Positions 51,226 through 60,654 are shown, numbered from the stretch's first letter. The stretch: 64,000 nt of DNA from Candidatus Omnitrophota bacterium (GCA_015231405.1 JADGBR010000004.1:64189-128188), one strand, 5' to 3'. The notes: generated by a model from the sequence alone, not told the origin. Made by a program: numbers and translations.

Positions 51226-51944
51226 TAAGCGGCGCCGGGCTCAGCGTTATTATACCCGTATACAACGAGAAGGAACTTCTCGCCCCGGCGATCAAAAGAT
51301 CAATGGATGCCCTCTCTTCAGGGTTCAGCGATTACGAGCTGATCATCGTCAACGACGGCTCCGACGCCTCAGGCACCCTCGAATTGAAGAGGGCCGCGGG
51401 TATCTACCCGGGCATAAAGGTCATAAACAACGACGTCAACCTGAACCTGGGCATATCGATACAGCGCGGGTTCATGGCGGCCTCTAAGGACCATATTCTC
51501 TTCAATTCAATTGACCTGCCTCTAGCTCCGGAAGATTATCCGGCCCTTATAGAAAAAGCGCGCGGCCTGGATATGCTCATACTCCAGAGAGAGGTTTACG
51601 CGGGGGCGTCCCTCTGGAGAAAGATCACATCTCGATCGAACCTCTTCTTAATTAAAACTCTTTTCCCAGTCGCCTCGCGCGGCATCAGAGATCTCAATTA
51701 CACGTTCATTTTCAGGCGCGATATCCGCTCGAAAATAATGCCGGTATCGAAAAGTCCCGCGTTCACCCAGCCCGAAATGATACTCCGGGCGATCTACAAT
51801 AAATTGAAAGTGCAAGTTGTCACCGTCCCCTACCACCCCCGCACCGCCGGTAAAGCTTCTTTAGGCAAACCGCATGACATCATCTGGTCGATGTACGATA
51901 TGTTACGATTCAGGGTTATGGCGTTCAGGCGTTTTTTGAGATAG
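51222..51944 (+). CDS. GT2-family glycosyltransferase
   Basis: 240 aa. Motifs: SVIIPVYNEKE, LIIVNDGSD and SIDLPL. The start overlaps the upstream stop (ATGA). Confidence 0.7.
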   Translation: MISGAGLSVIIPVYNEKELLAPAIKRSMDALSSGFSDYELIIVNDGSDASGTLELKRAAGIYPGIKVINNDVNLNLGISIQRGFMAASKDHILFNSIDLPLAPEDYPALIEKARGLDMLILQREVYAGASLWRKITSRSNLFLIKTLFPVASRGIRDLNYTFIFRRDIRSKIMPVSKSPAFTQPEMILRAIYNKLKVQVVTVPYHPRTAGKASLGKPHDIIWSMYDMLRFRVMAFRRFLR

Positions 51945-52050
51945 CGGTTAGCGTATAGCGGCTAGCGTTTAGTGAACAATACCTGCGCTAAACGCCAAAC
52001 ACGTTATCATAACCGACTAACCGCTAAACGCTGATCGCTAAACGCTAAAC
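51945..52050. repeat. Imperfect ~100-bp palindrome built from GCTAAACG/CGTTTAGC units, immediately upstream of a promoter
   Basis: The left arm agcggttagcgtatagcggctagcgtttag is the inverted complement of the right arm ctaaccgctaaacgctgatcgctaaacgctaaacc. The right arm recurs as a 28-bp exact inverted copy at 61424-61451. Confidence 0.6.
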
Positions 52051-52065
52051 CGTTGACTCTAAAAT

Positions 52066-52094
52066 TTGTTCCTCGCGATATCCTGTGGTATAGT
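52066..52094 (+). promoter_or_regulatory. Sigma70-like promoter TTGTTC-17-TATAGT for the LOG-family gene
   Basis: The -35 box is at 52066-52071 and the -10 box at 52089-52094. GGAG RBS is at about 52113 and the ATG at 52128. Confidence 0.45.
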
Positions 52095-52127
52095 TTATGG
52101 AGCTTTTAACCGAAAGGAGCGGGCCGC

Positions 52128-52970
52128 ATGACAATGGACAGTAAAGACATTAAAAAAAAGCTGGTAAAGGCCTATAACAACTGGGATTTCCTCAACGGCC
52201 CGGACGCGCGTATCGTAAGGGTGCTCGCGGAAATGGTAGAGCCCGCCACGCGTTTCAGGAAACTCGGGATCCGCAACACCGTCGTCTTTTTCGGATCAGC
52301 CCGGACGCTTCCGGCCGATACGGCCATGAGTAACCTCCGTGCGGTCGAAGCCAAAATGCGGCAGGTAAAAAAGGTCTCCCCTAAGCTCAAAGAGAATTAT
52401 CACACGGCCATGCGCAACCTCAAGACATCGAGATACTTCGAGGACGCCTCAGACCTGTCGGAAAAACTGGCGCTGTGGTTCAAACAGCTGAGAAAAAAGA
52501 ACATCCATTTCAGCATCTGCTCCGGAGGAGGCCCCGGGATCATGGCGGCCGCGAATAAGGGCGCCTGGAAAGCTAAAGAAAAATCCATTGGGCTAAATAT
52601 AAGCCTGCCCATGGAGCAGTACCCTAACCCTTACCAGGACAAGGAACTTTCATTCGAGTTCCATTATTTTTTCATCCGCAAATTCTGGTTCACTTACCCG
52701 GCCAAGGCGCTCGTGGTCTTCCCCGGAGGTTTCGGGACCATGGACGAGCTCTTCGAGCTCCTGACCCTGATACAGACCCAAAAGACCAAAAAATATATGC
52801 CCATAGTCCTATACGGCAAGGAGTACTGGGAGGAGGTAATTAACCTCAAGAAAATGCTGGACTCCGGCTATATAGACGCTAGCGACCTGAAACTGTTCAA
52901 AATATTCGACGACGTGAACGAGGCTTTCGATTTTCTGAAGGGAGAATTAAAAAGGCACTACGTCGATTGA
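52128..52970 (+). CDS. LOG-family protein (cytokinin riboside 5'-monophosphate phosphoribohydrolase-like/TIGR00730)
   Basis: 280 aa. GGGPGIMAA and PGGFGTMDEL are the LOG signatures. Confidence 0.8.
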   Translation: MTMDSKDIKKKLVKAYNNWDFLNGPDARIVRVLAEMVEPATRFRKLGIRNTVVFFGSARTLPADTAMSNLRAVEAKMRQVKKVSPKLKENYHTAMRNLKTSRYFEDASDLSEKLALWFKQLRKKNIHFSICSGGGPGIMAAANKGAWKAKEKSIGLNISLPMEQYPNPYQDKELSFEFHYFFIRKFWFTYPAKALVVFPGGFGTMDELFELLTLIQTQKTKKYMPIVLYGKEYWEEVINLKKMLDSGYIDASDLKLFKIFDDVNEAFDFLKGELKRHYVD

Positions 52971-52984
52971 CACAGAGCTATAAG

Positions 52985-53209
52985 CTTTCAGTTGCGGGAC
53001 ATACCGCCGTCATCGCGAGGAGCGAAGCGACGAAGCGATCTCAACAGATAACCTAAGTAGGAACCTTTCGAAGAACTTCGATTTGCTTGGAGTATATCTT
53101 AGTTATTTTAATTCGCAAGTATTCGGATATTTTTGTAGGGATTGCTTCGTCGGCCTCATGGCCCCTCGCAATGACGACACGGCGCCTTAATCGCTACCGC
53201 AACTGAACT
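52985..53209. mobile_element. MITE-like element copy B (~225 bp), same family as 35703-35977
   Basis: The left TIR is CTTTCAGTTGCGGGAC...CGTCATCGCGAGGAGCGAAGCGACGAAGCGATCTC. The right TIR is GGGATTGCTTCGTCGGCCTCATGGCCCCTCGCAATGAC...AACTGAACT. The internal segment shares TTAATTCGCAAGTATTCGGATATTTTTG with copy A. Confidence 0.6.
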
Positions 53210-53232
53210 ATTACGACAGCTGATAGCTAAGT

Positions 53233-54894
53233 TCATAAATATCCCAGGCTTTTTATCTTCTCCGTGTCGGCGTCATCGCCTTTCCGGGATATCCTTTTGA
53301 TCAAAACTCCGGACATCGACCTGAAATATCCTTCCATCCGCTTAAGAAGCTTTTCGTATATCGTGGAATACGCGGCATTCGCGGCCAGGTCCTGTTGCTC
53401 CAGCGGGTCGGCGGCAAGGTCGTACAGTTCAGGTCTCACGGACTTAAGCTCTTCCCTCGTAATGATGAGCTTGAACCCGTCCTCGACGAGCGCAGCGTGG
53501 TTGAATGCCTGAACGAAAAATATGTAGTCTTTCGGAGGCCTCGCGCCGTTCTTATCGCCGTTATCGCCCGGTTTTCTCAGCCTCAGCCCGTCGGAAGTAT
53601 GAGAAAAAACAAAATACGCCCCCGGCAAAACTATCTTACTTCCGGTCTTTATCATGTTCCAGTAAGAGATCCCGTCGATCTTCACTCCCAGCTCTATGCC
53701 AAGATACTCGAGAAGCGTCGGCATTATATCCGCCCCGGTTATCCCTGGAATTATCCGTTTCTGAGAAACACCCGGAAATTTCATGATAAGAGGGACATCG
53801 AGTGAGGCGTTGTACAGATATTTGTGATGCCCGAAATAGTTCGCTTTCTCGTAAAGGATCTCTCCATGGTCCGAGGTTATTATGATAGCGGTATTGTCGT
53901 AGAGCCCTTTTTCCTTAAGTTTGTCTGTCACTTTCCCGACGAGATCGTCGGCGAACGCTATTTCGCCGTCATAGGCGTTACGCATGGCTTTCACTTTATT
54001 TTCGGGGATCCCCTCTCCCGAAAAAGTAAGCTCCTCCTTCGCCAAGGCTTCGGAGGACAGGCCCTCCTTCGCCAAGGCTTCGGAGGACAGGCTCTCCTTC
54101 GCCAAGGCTTCGGAGGACAGGCTCTCCTCGTCATTCTTCTCTTCTTTAATATGTGTCTTATAATCCGGGTCGAACTCTAGTCCAAACTTCTCGGGAGGGT
54201 CATAAGGAAGATGCGGGTCGTAAAGGTGCAGCCACATGAAGAATTTCTTATCGCCGTTACCGTCAAGCCATCCCAGCGCCTCGCCGGTTGTTATATCCCC
54301 TGTTCTAAATAGCTGTTTATCTTCGGCGTCGAGATCGGAAAACGCGTCAAATCCCTGGCTGAAACCATTAGCGGCCCCCACGAGCCTTGTGCTCACAAAA
54401 CCCGCGGTAACATAGCCGTTACGTTTCATGACCTCGGCCAGCGTGGTGAATTTGTTATCCAAGCTATAAGCGTTCCGGTAGACAAGGTGCGACGCGGGAT
54501 AAAGTCCGGTCATTATCGTGCTATGCGAAGGAGTTGTCATGGGGATCGTTGTTATCGCCCCGTCAAAGACCACCGACTCAGCGGCTATCTTATCAATGTT
54601 CGGCGTCGTCCCGCGCCCGTACCCATAACACCCGAAACGGTCCTTTCTGGCAGTATCAATGACCACCAGAAGAACGTTAGGCCTGTCCTCCGAAGCCTCG
54701 GCGAAGGAGGGCCTGTCCTCCGAAGCCTCGGCGAAGGAGGGCCTGTCCTCCGAAGCCTCGCTTGTCCCGGGGGAAACCGGTGGGGCGAAGGAGGACCTGT
54801 CCTCTTCCGATATCGCCCAGCGCCAGTTAATAAACATCATTAACGCCAGAAAGATACCGGGTAATATGGAAAATCGACTTTTTCTCATGATCAT
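53233..54894 (-). CDS. Sulfatase-like hydrolase/transferase (alkaline-phosphatase superfamily) with signal peptide/TM anchor and two internal tandem-repeat insertions
   Basis: 553 aa. The N-terminus is hydrophobic. NVLLVVIDTARKDRFGCYGY is the metal-binding region. The nucleophile motif TTPSHSTIMTG has Thr where true sulfatases have Cys/Ser-x-P-x-R. There are low-complexity repeats SFAEASEDRP x3 and SSEALAKE(S/G)L x3. Confidence 0.7.
   Translation of the reverse strand: MIMRKSRFSILPGIFLALMMFINWRWAISEEDRSSFAPPVSPGTSEASEDRPSFAEASEDRPSFAEASEDRPNVLLVVIDTARKDRFGCYGYGRGTTPNIDKIAAESVVFDGAITTIPMTTPSHSTIMTGLYPASHLVYRNAYSLDNKFTTLAEVMKRNGYVTAGFVSTRLVGAANGFSQGFDAFSDLDAEDKQLFRTGDITTGEALGWLDGNGDKKFFMWLHLYDPHLPYDPPEKFGLEFDPDYKTHIKEEKNDEESLSSEALAKESLSSEALAKEGLSSEALAKEELTFSGEGIPENKVKAMRNAYDGEIAFADDLVGKVTDKLKEKGLYDNTAIIITSDHGEILYEKANYFGHHKYLYNASLDVPLIMKFPGVSQKRIIPGITGADIMPTLLEYLGIELGVKIDGISYWNMIKTGSKIVLPGAYFVFSHTSDGLRLRKPGDNGDKNGARPPKDYIFFVQAFNHAALVEDGFKLIITREELKSVRPELYDLAADPLEQQDLAANAAYSTIYEKLLKRMEGYFRSMSGVLIKRISRKGDDADTEKIKSLGYL
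54031..54130. repeat. 30-bp tandem repeat x3.3 inside the sulfatase-like CDS (unit CTCCTTCGCCAAGGCTTCGGAGGACAGGCC)
   Basis: Direct inspection. It encodes SSEALAKE(S/G)L repeats. It is the inverted complement of the array at 54681-54804. Confidence 0.85.
54681..54804. repeat. 30-bp tandem repeat x3+ inside the sulfatase-like CDS (unit GCCTGTCCTCCGAAGCCTCGGCGAAGGAGG), inverted relative to the array at 54031-54130
   Basis: Direct inspection. The unit is 28/30 identical to the reverse complement of the other array. It encodes SFAEASEDRP repeats. Confidence 0.85.
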
Positions 54895-54965
54895 CTACGA
54901 GTATATCCTTTCGACCCTAAAAATGGAAGAAGTTTGACTATTTTTGGATATGATAAGCCTAAAAG

Positions 54966-54974
54966 TGGTATAAT
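54966..54974 (+). promoter_or_regulatory. Extended -10 element TGgTATAAT upstream of the response-regulator gene
   Basis: TGGTATAAT lies 31 nt before the ATG at 55005. A weak -35 TTGGAT sits at 19-nt spacing. Confidence 0.4.
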
Positions 54975-55004
54975 ATATGCGGCATCACAAAATGCCTCAA
55001 AAAA

Positions 55005-55364
55005 ATGTTCACCATATTGGTAGTTGACGATAACGAGGGTATGTGCGAAACGCTCGGTGATATATTTACCTCCGAGGGGTTTAAGGTCAAGACGGCCCTC
55101 TCCGGGTTAGAAGCACTTAAACTCGCCGACGAGAATAAGTTCGACATTCTCCTCACTGACCTTGTCATGGACGGAATGGACGGGGTGGAGACCTTGAAGA
55201 AAATGAAAAAGACCAGCCCGCAAACTCTGCTTTTCGCGATGACAGCCTACCGCGCCGATAACCGCGTAAAAGAAGCCATGAAGAACGGCGCGAGACAGGT
55301 TTTCGAGAAGCCTTTCGAGATAGCGCTTGTAGTGAACGTGTTCAAAAGATCCATGGCAGAATAG
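55005..55364 (+). CDS. Single-domain response regulator (CheY-like receiver)
   Basis: 119 aa. LVVDDNEG has the acidic pair, DLVMDGMDG has the phospho-acceptor Asp, and the conserved Thr and Lys (KPF) are present. Confidence 0.85.
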   Translation: MFTILVVDDNEGMCETLGDIFTSEGFKVKTALSGLEALKLADENKFDILLTDLVMDGMDGVETLKKMKKTSPQTLLFAMTAYRADNRVKEAMKNGARQVFEKPFEIALVVNVFKRSMAE

Positions 55365-55394
55365 AACGATCAGACTGTGGCATGATCCGTAAAA

Positions 55395-56327
55395 TTACCG
55401 GGACACGATCTGACTGATTTTCCTGATGATCCCTCCGTAATTCTCGTCGTCGCTGGCTATGAATATTTCCGTATCGTTTCCCGACGCGCCCCGGGCGGCG
55501 ATCCCTTCGACCTTCACGCCGTCAAGCGCGGCTATCCGTTCGGGTCCTTTAAAAAGCGCGACCGGTCCCGCCGGGCCCCGGGCATCCACTTTACCTATCC
55601 TGTATACCGCGCCCCGGAACGGGCCGTTATCGTCGCCTGTATCCTCGGTCGAGGCGGCGTAAATAAATCCTTCCGGATCGATCCCCAGTTCGCTTACGGC
55701 CCTCGAGTACACCCCATTAGGCCAGGGACACGTAAATATCCCTGCCGGCTTGAATTCCCCGAATTTCAGTTCATGAGGGTCAAATTCGGAATAACGTATC
55801 TCGGAAAAGCCCTTTCCATCTGCGCGCTCGGCGTAAATGAAAATGTATTTGTCTCCTGATCGAGCAACAGCCGTGCCCTCCACGTTCTCTATAGGCTCGG
55901 GCCACTTGACCGTCTTAAGTATCTTTACCTTTTTCCCTACCGGCTTAGCCAGGAATATCCTCCCGGCAAAAGGTTTTTTTCCGGGAAAGAAAGAGCTCTC
56001 GCATAAAAGGTAAAGGTCCGTACCGGGAACCCGGGCGACGCTTTCAAGGTCGCTGCTTTTTTCTTCCGGGAAATCGACCTCGAGCGGAGTAAAAAGTATC
56101 CCCCCGGTTCCTTCCGGCAGTCTGATAAGACTTACGCGAACGCCCTTTTTATCATTAGGGAATTTAGCGTCGTGCACCGCCAGAAAAGTATCCCCAAAAA
56201 CCCACGCCAGCCCGCTTACAGCCGGCAACCCGGCAAACTTTTCCCCATGATGAATATCCTTAGCCTCTCCCGCCAGAACAAACAACATAAACCCCGAAAA
56301 TATCACCACCCAAACCATTCCCTTCAT
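55395..56327 (-). CDS. Hypothetical secreted protein (signal peptide)
   Basis: 310 aa. MKGMVWVVIFSGFMLFVLAGEA is a cleavable signal peptide. The protein is beta-rich with no recognised motif. Confidence 0.4.
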   Translation of the reverse strand: MKGMVWVVIFSGFMLFVLAGEAKDIHHGEKFAGLPAVSGLAWVFGDTFLAVHDAKFPNDKKGVRVSLIRLPEGTGGILFTPLEVDFPEEKSSDLESVARVPGTDLYLLCESSFFPGKKPFAGRIFLAKPVGKKVKILKTVKWPEPIENVEGTAVARSGDKYIFIYAERADGKGFSEIRYSEFDPHELKFGEFKPAGIFTCPWPNGVYSRAVSELGIDPEGFIYAASTEDTGDDNGPFRGAVYRIGKVDARGPAGPVALFKGPERIAALDGVKVEGIAARGASGNDTEIFIASDDENYGGIIRKISQIVSR

Positions 56328-56373
56328 CCCCCACCCCCCAACTAACCCCGAATCACGAACCCCGAACCCCTCG

Positions 56374-59178
56374 CTACTTCCACGTCCGAACCCTCTCGCT
56401 CCGCCTCGCGAAAGCCGACGACATCGCGCGTCCCCTGGCCCTTAAGAGCATCCTCCTGCCTCCAGCCGTCCTCGTGTATATGAGTTTTGACGGCCCGACA
56501 TACTTCGACCACATCTTCGAGAAATATTCGGCGCTCTCCTTTTTTTTCGCTATGATCTCCGGAACGACATGGTAATCTTTTCTAGTCATTTTCCAGAAAG
56601 GGCTTTTCCGGATGAGAATGTACCGGGGGTTACCTATCGGCCCGAGTATTTCCTCGAGCGAATCGAGAAATAATGACTTTTCATATGTCGTAGCGCCCCC
56701 AAGTGAACATCTCACCACGCCGATCTTATCGCGTTCGGATCGCACGGAGAGCCTCGCGACAGGCGTTTTGATGAAGCCCGTGTAAAAAAGCGTCCTCACG
56801 ACAGCTTCCCCGACCTCCCGCACGCTCGACTCTATCGGTCCGTGTTTCACGAATAAATAAAGCGCCTTAAGGCATTTAGGCAAAGCGACGACACCGGCTA
56901 TGAGAAAAATAAGTGACAGGGTCACCGCGTATTCCCTCGCCGACATTGACCGGACGGATGAATTCTTTTCAAGAGCCTGGGATAATTCGGAAATTGCATA
57001 CCCTCCCCAGAACAACCCCTGCCAGAAAAGCGCGAGTATGGTATTCCGAAAAACCAGCGCACGCGGCAAAAAGATCGCCGGACTCCTGACCTCCTCGACC
57101 ATCTCATCCTTCTTATCGCCGATCTTTAGGGCTTTCATCCAGAGATCGTAAAGCCCCTTCCGGTCGGCCCCCTTCTCCATCATAGCCCTGTTTATTTCGC
57201 TGATACCTTCTTTCCAGAAAGGAGGGGTACCTATACCCAGACGGCTGAACCCGTTCTCGATAACGGGTTCCTTGAAAGACACTCCCACGAAAGCCTTGAA
57301 CCTCCGTTTGAGCAGATCAAGGTCGTCGTTATTCCCCGCCTTTCCTTCCTCAACGCAAACGAGATGCCAGACATTAGCCGTTTTACCCGGGTTCCCCTCC
57401 TGTGTGCGGATGGCCCTGCCCCGCATCTGATTAGAAAGGACAAAAGACCCCACAAAGCTGGCGAGGACAAGCGAATTGATCGACGGCGCGTCCCAGCCTT
57501 CACCTAAAAGGGATTTTGTCCCGACAAGCACCGTTATCCCGCCCTTATCGAAAAGCCTGGTTATGAGCCGCACAATTTTCTCGCCGTCCGAGCCGGATAT
57601 TTCAACGTAACAATACTCTTCGTCATGGGCAAGAACCGGCGTCTTTATGGCTGGCCCGGATATACCCGTCTCTTGAGCGATATCCAGAAGCCTCTTAACC
57701 GAAGACGACGGTATGACCACCATGGATCCGGTAAGGATCCCGAGTTTGATCTCGCCCGCGCGCGACCGCCGTATCTGCTCAAAAATAGGGACAATTCCCA
57801 TTTTATTGAGCTCTGGCGTGTCACCGCTCGAAGCCGGCATAAAAGACTTCCTTATATGATCGGTAAGTATGACCATCCGAAGATCGAGCTTAAGGGACAC
57901 ACTCTCGAATTTCACGATCTCCCCTATGCTTTTAAGCTTGGACATGCTTCTGACCAGAAGTTTCTGTATGTTATCGGTCCCGGAAAGTTTAACTTTTTTC
58001 CTTTCGACGGCGCCGATACGTTTAAGGTCATTCTCGATGCCTAGAAGAACGGATGACCCGTTCCCGAAATCGTCCGCATGGGAATAAAAACATCCTCCCA
58101 GCAGGATCTCCAGTATCTCGCTCCCCAGGTTCGGCAGGTCCTTAGTCTTTATGCCGATAGCCCTTAGAACAGCTTCCGGATATTTTTTCCCCGTTCTGTA
58201 TAGGAAGGTAACGATCGAGGAAAAGAAAGCCGGATCATCCAGTATTTTCTCGATATTCCCGCCAGGGTCCTTGCAGGCGGGATGCGCTAGGAGGACATCG
58301 GCGAATTTCTCGTCGGACGATATCCTCTTTATGGCGTCGTCCACGCCGGCGCGGAATTTTCTTATCTCGGCGCTTTCCTTTTCGAGCGGCAGGGATACGT
58401 AAACGTAGTCCTGGTGAGGGCAAAGATTCTTCTCAAGGACAAGTTCCGGTACCGAGATCTCGGAATCCACGGTGCCGCACAGTTCTGTATACCTTTCCCA
58501 TTCCGTTGCTGGGACATCGTAAGGCGGTGTGGCGGTCAAGGCGACTATCGTAGGATATCCCAGGGTTTCTTTGATATAAATGAGGGCTTTCCACCATTCG
58601 CTTCTCAAATGATGGGCCTCGTCGACGATCATGGTCTTTATGCCGGCTTCTTTGAGCGCGGATATGAGAGCCTCTTTCGGGTCGGCGGGAGCGTCCTCCC
58701 CATTCTTATCGTCATCGTCGCCTCGGGATGTTTCTTCTTCCTCGTCCTCGACATCACCCTCTTTTTCCTCGACTCCCTTAAAAGCGCTATAAAGCCCCTG
58801 ATATGTGGACACCGTCATTAATTTCGGGCTTTTGATATTCTTTGAGATAAGCCCCTTCATGCTCTCGTCGCCGGAACAAAATAGTTCGATGAACCGGTCC
58901 GACCACTGGTCCCTGATGGCCAAAGTCGGCGCGAATATGAGGGCCGGTCCGCCGAGTGTGAGCATCACCTCAAGCCCGAGGACCGTCTTACCGGACCCCG
59001 GAGCGGCTATCACGTGCAGGTGCCCGTCGTCCAGATGTTCTTCCAGCTCGGAGAGCACTCTCTCCTGATACGGCCTCCACTTCCGGCTGAATTTAACGTT
59101 TTCGGGGAATTTTTTCATATATCCACAGGGGTCATACGGCTTATGTCCCTTTTCTGGCGGCGTAAGCAAAATGGTCAA
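56374..59178 (-). CDS. Superfamily-2 DEAH/ResIII-type helicase with ~330-aa C-terminal region containing two predicted TM helices
   Basis: 934 aa. Motifs: RPYQ, Walker A AAPGSGKT, DEAH in IVDEAHH, and motif VI NQMRGRAIR. The C-terminus has the hydrophobic segments ILALFWQGLFWGGYAI and VTLSLIFLIAGVVAL. The start is probably at M21 (59118). Confidence 0.7.
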   Translation of the reverse strand: MTILLTPPEKGHKPYDPCGYMKKFPENVKFSRKWRPYQERVLSELEEHLDDGHLHVIAAPGSGKTVLGLEVMLTLGGPALIFAPTLAIRDQWSDRFIELFCSGDESMKGLISKNIKSPKLMTVSTYQGLYSAFKGVEEKEGDVEDEEEETSRGDDDDKNGEDAPADPKEALISALKEAGIKTMIVDEAHHLRSEWWKALIYIKETLGYPTIVALTATPPYDVPATEWERYTELCGTVDSEISVPELVLEKNLCPHQDYVYVSLPLEKESAEIRKFRAGVDDAIKRISSDEKFADVLLAHPACKDPGGNIEKILDDPAFFSSIVTFLYRTGKKYPEAVLRAIGIKTKDLPNLGSEILEILLGGCFYSHADDFGNGSSVLLGIENDLKRIGAVERKKVKLSGTDNIQKLLVRSMSKLKSIGEIVKFESVSLKLDLRMVILTDHIRKSFMPASSGDTPELNKMGIVPIFEQIRRSRAGEIKLGILTGSMVVIPSSSVKRLLDIAQETGISGPAIKTPVLAHDEEYCYVEISGSDGEKIVRLITRLFDKGGITVLVGTKSLLGEGWDAPSINSLVLASFVGSFVLSNQMRGRAIRTQEGNPGKTANVWHLVCVEEGKAGNNDDLDLLKRRFKAFVGVSFKEPVIENGFSRLGIGTPPFWKEGISEINRAMMEKGADRKGLYDLWMKALKIGDKKDEMVEEVRSPAIFLPRALVFRNTILALFWQGLFWGGYAISELSQALEKNSSVRSMSAREYAVTLSLIFLIAGVVALPKCLKALYLFVKHGPIESSVREVGEAVVRTLFYTGFIKTPVARLSVRSERDKIGVVRCSLGGATTYEKSLFLDSLEEILGPIGNPRYILIRKSPFWKMTRKDYHVVPEIIAKKKESAEYFSKMWSKYVGPSKLIYTRTAGGRRMLLRARGRAMSSAFARRSERVRTWK

Positions 59179-59473
59179 AGTATTTCCGCCAAAGGCTTTC
59201 CGTAGAAGAGAACTCGTTCGATCCGAAAAAATAATCCACGACCGCCTCTCTCACTCGAGCGATCTCCCTGATACGCGGAAAATACCTTGACGATTCCAGG
59301 CTCAGGTCCAAAAGCTCAAGGGCTCTGGTAACGGCTTTTTGGCTGAGCTCTTTATTCCCTTTCTTTTCCCAATTGAGCGCGCGGCTTATCTCACTGCCGA
59401 TATTCGCCATTTGAACCGAGATAGAAAGCTCCGCCCATCGCCCCAGAGCCAGATCTTTATGCTGATACTTCAT
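59141..59473 (-). CDS. Hypothetical small protein
   Basis: 110 aa with no motif. It is translationally coupled (4-nt overlap) to the upstream small gene and lies upstream of the helicase gene. Confidence 0.35.
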   Translation of the reverse strand: MKYQHKDLALGRWAELSISVQMANIGSEISRALNWEKKGNKELSQKAVTRALELLDLSLESSRYFPRIREIARVREAVVDYFFGSNEFSSTESLWRKYFDHFAYAARKGT

Positions 59474-59811
59474 CTCTCAACCCATTTCGCGACGACCGAA
59501 ATGATCTTCCGGCGAACTGATCCGTCTTTGACCCACCTCGACATATTCCCTTCCGAAGGGCGCAGATTTATCATCGAATCAATCTCAACAAAATCATCCC
59601 CTTCGACATCCGGATAAAAATTCACTCCCCAAAGATTCTTCCGCCGTGACCCATCAGCCAGAAGAAGAGCCTCCAGGTCCGAGTGCAGGTCGGCGTCAAC
59701 CGCCACCAGTTCCCTCTCAGTATCAACAACAGCTTTGACCATATCCCCGAACATATTAGCCGACATTATCTTAAGTTCATCAACACTGATCGGAATAGTC
59801 AATATTTTCAT
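59470..59811 (-). CDS. Hypothetical small protein, DUF5674-like
   Basis: Start is at MKILTIPISVDELK (113 aa). KAVVD...LWGVNFYP...IDSMINLRPS resembles what I recall of DUF5674 proteins (weak recollection). The track ORF (162 aa) extends into the permease gene. Confidence 0.4.
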   Translation of the reverse strand: MKILTIPISVDELKIMSANMFGDMVKAVVDTERELVAVDADLHSDLEALLLADGSRRKNLWGVNFYPDVEGDDFVEIDSMINLRPSEGNMSRWVKDGSVRRKIISVVAKWVER

Positions 59812-59846
59812 AGTCCCCCCCTTAAAGCTGCACGATCCCCCGATTT

Positions 59847-60650
59847 CTAGCTCAAAGTCTCGGCGCTGTACCTGGCCAATAGCCCGGTACGGAGCGCGTT
59901 TTTGTAAACCTTTACGAACACCCTGTACGCAAGGAACACGTACAATAACGACAGGCATACTCCGAATAACAGCGCCGTGCCGTCGGCCTTCCCCCCCGAA
60001 ACTATAGCTCTCAATCCTTCAAATACGTACGACGGCGGCAGTATCCATGAAACCGGACGCATCCATACCGGCAGCGTCGATACGGGATAAAGGACACCCG
60101 CGAACGGAGAAATAAGCGCGGGCAGAGGCCAGATGAACCATTCCGCGGCCGGGCCGAACTTGAGCACGATGGCGCTCCCGAGAACCCCTATCGAGATACC
60201 GAATAAAAATAGCACCAGGATAAAAGGGATAGCCATGAGCCCGTAGACAAGAACGGATAATTTGAACATGAAGCACGCGATAAAAAGCATGGCAACGATC
60301 CCTATCACGCTTGTCCCTACGCTTGAAAGGACGAGTCCGGCCACATATTCCGATATCTTGATCGGGGTAGCGAACACGTTGAGAAAATTCCTGGACCACA
60401 CATCCTCGAAGAACGCTATTGTGACACCCTGCATGATGCGTATGAAAAAATCCCATAGGAGCACAGCCCCGAGGAGCGCAGGAACGAAATTGAACCCCGG
60501 CGCCGCTACCGTATTCAGGTATCTGGTGAGAAACCCCCATAGCACCATATCGACCCCGGCCCACGCGAAGAGCGGGACCACGCGCGAAAAACTGCCCCTA
60601 ATGAGGTAGAACTGTCTTAGAAGTATCGCGTACACCCTTCCGAACGCCAT
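59847..60650 (-). CDS. ABC-2-type transporter permease
   Basis: 267 aa and six TM helices. It sits immediately downstream of an ABC ATPase gene. Confidence 0.7.
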   Translation of the reverse strand: MAFGRVYAILLRQFYLIRGSFSRVVPLFAWAGVDMVLWGFLTRYLNTVAAPGFNFVPALLGAVLLWDFFIRIMQGVTIAFFEDVWSRNFLNVFATPIKISEYVAGLVLSSVGTSVIGIVAMLFIACFMFKLSVLVYGLMAIPFILVLFLFGISIGVLGSAIVLKFGPAAEWFIWPLPALISPFAGVLYPVSTLPVWMRPVSWILPPSYVFEGLRAIVSGGKADGTALLFGVCLSLLYVFLAYRVFVKVYKNALRTGLLARYSAETLS

Positions 60651-60654
60651 TTCT

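Noticed and set aside
53824-54843. Two 118-aa plus-strand ORFs (LLRQGFGGQALL... and VLRSLGEGGP... repeats) opposite the sulfatase-like gene
   Set aside because: They are produced by reading the 30-bp tandem repeats on the non-coding strand. The minus-strand sulfatase-family ORF is continuous and motif-bearing.
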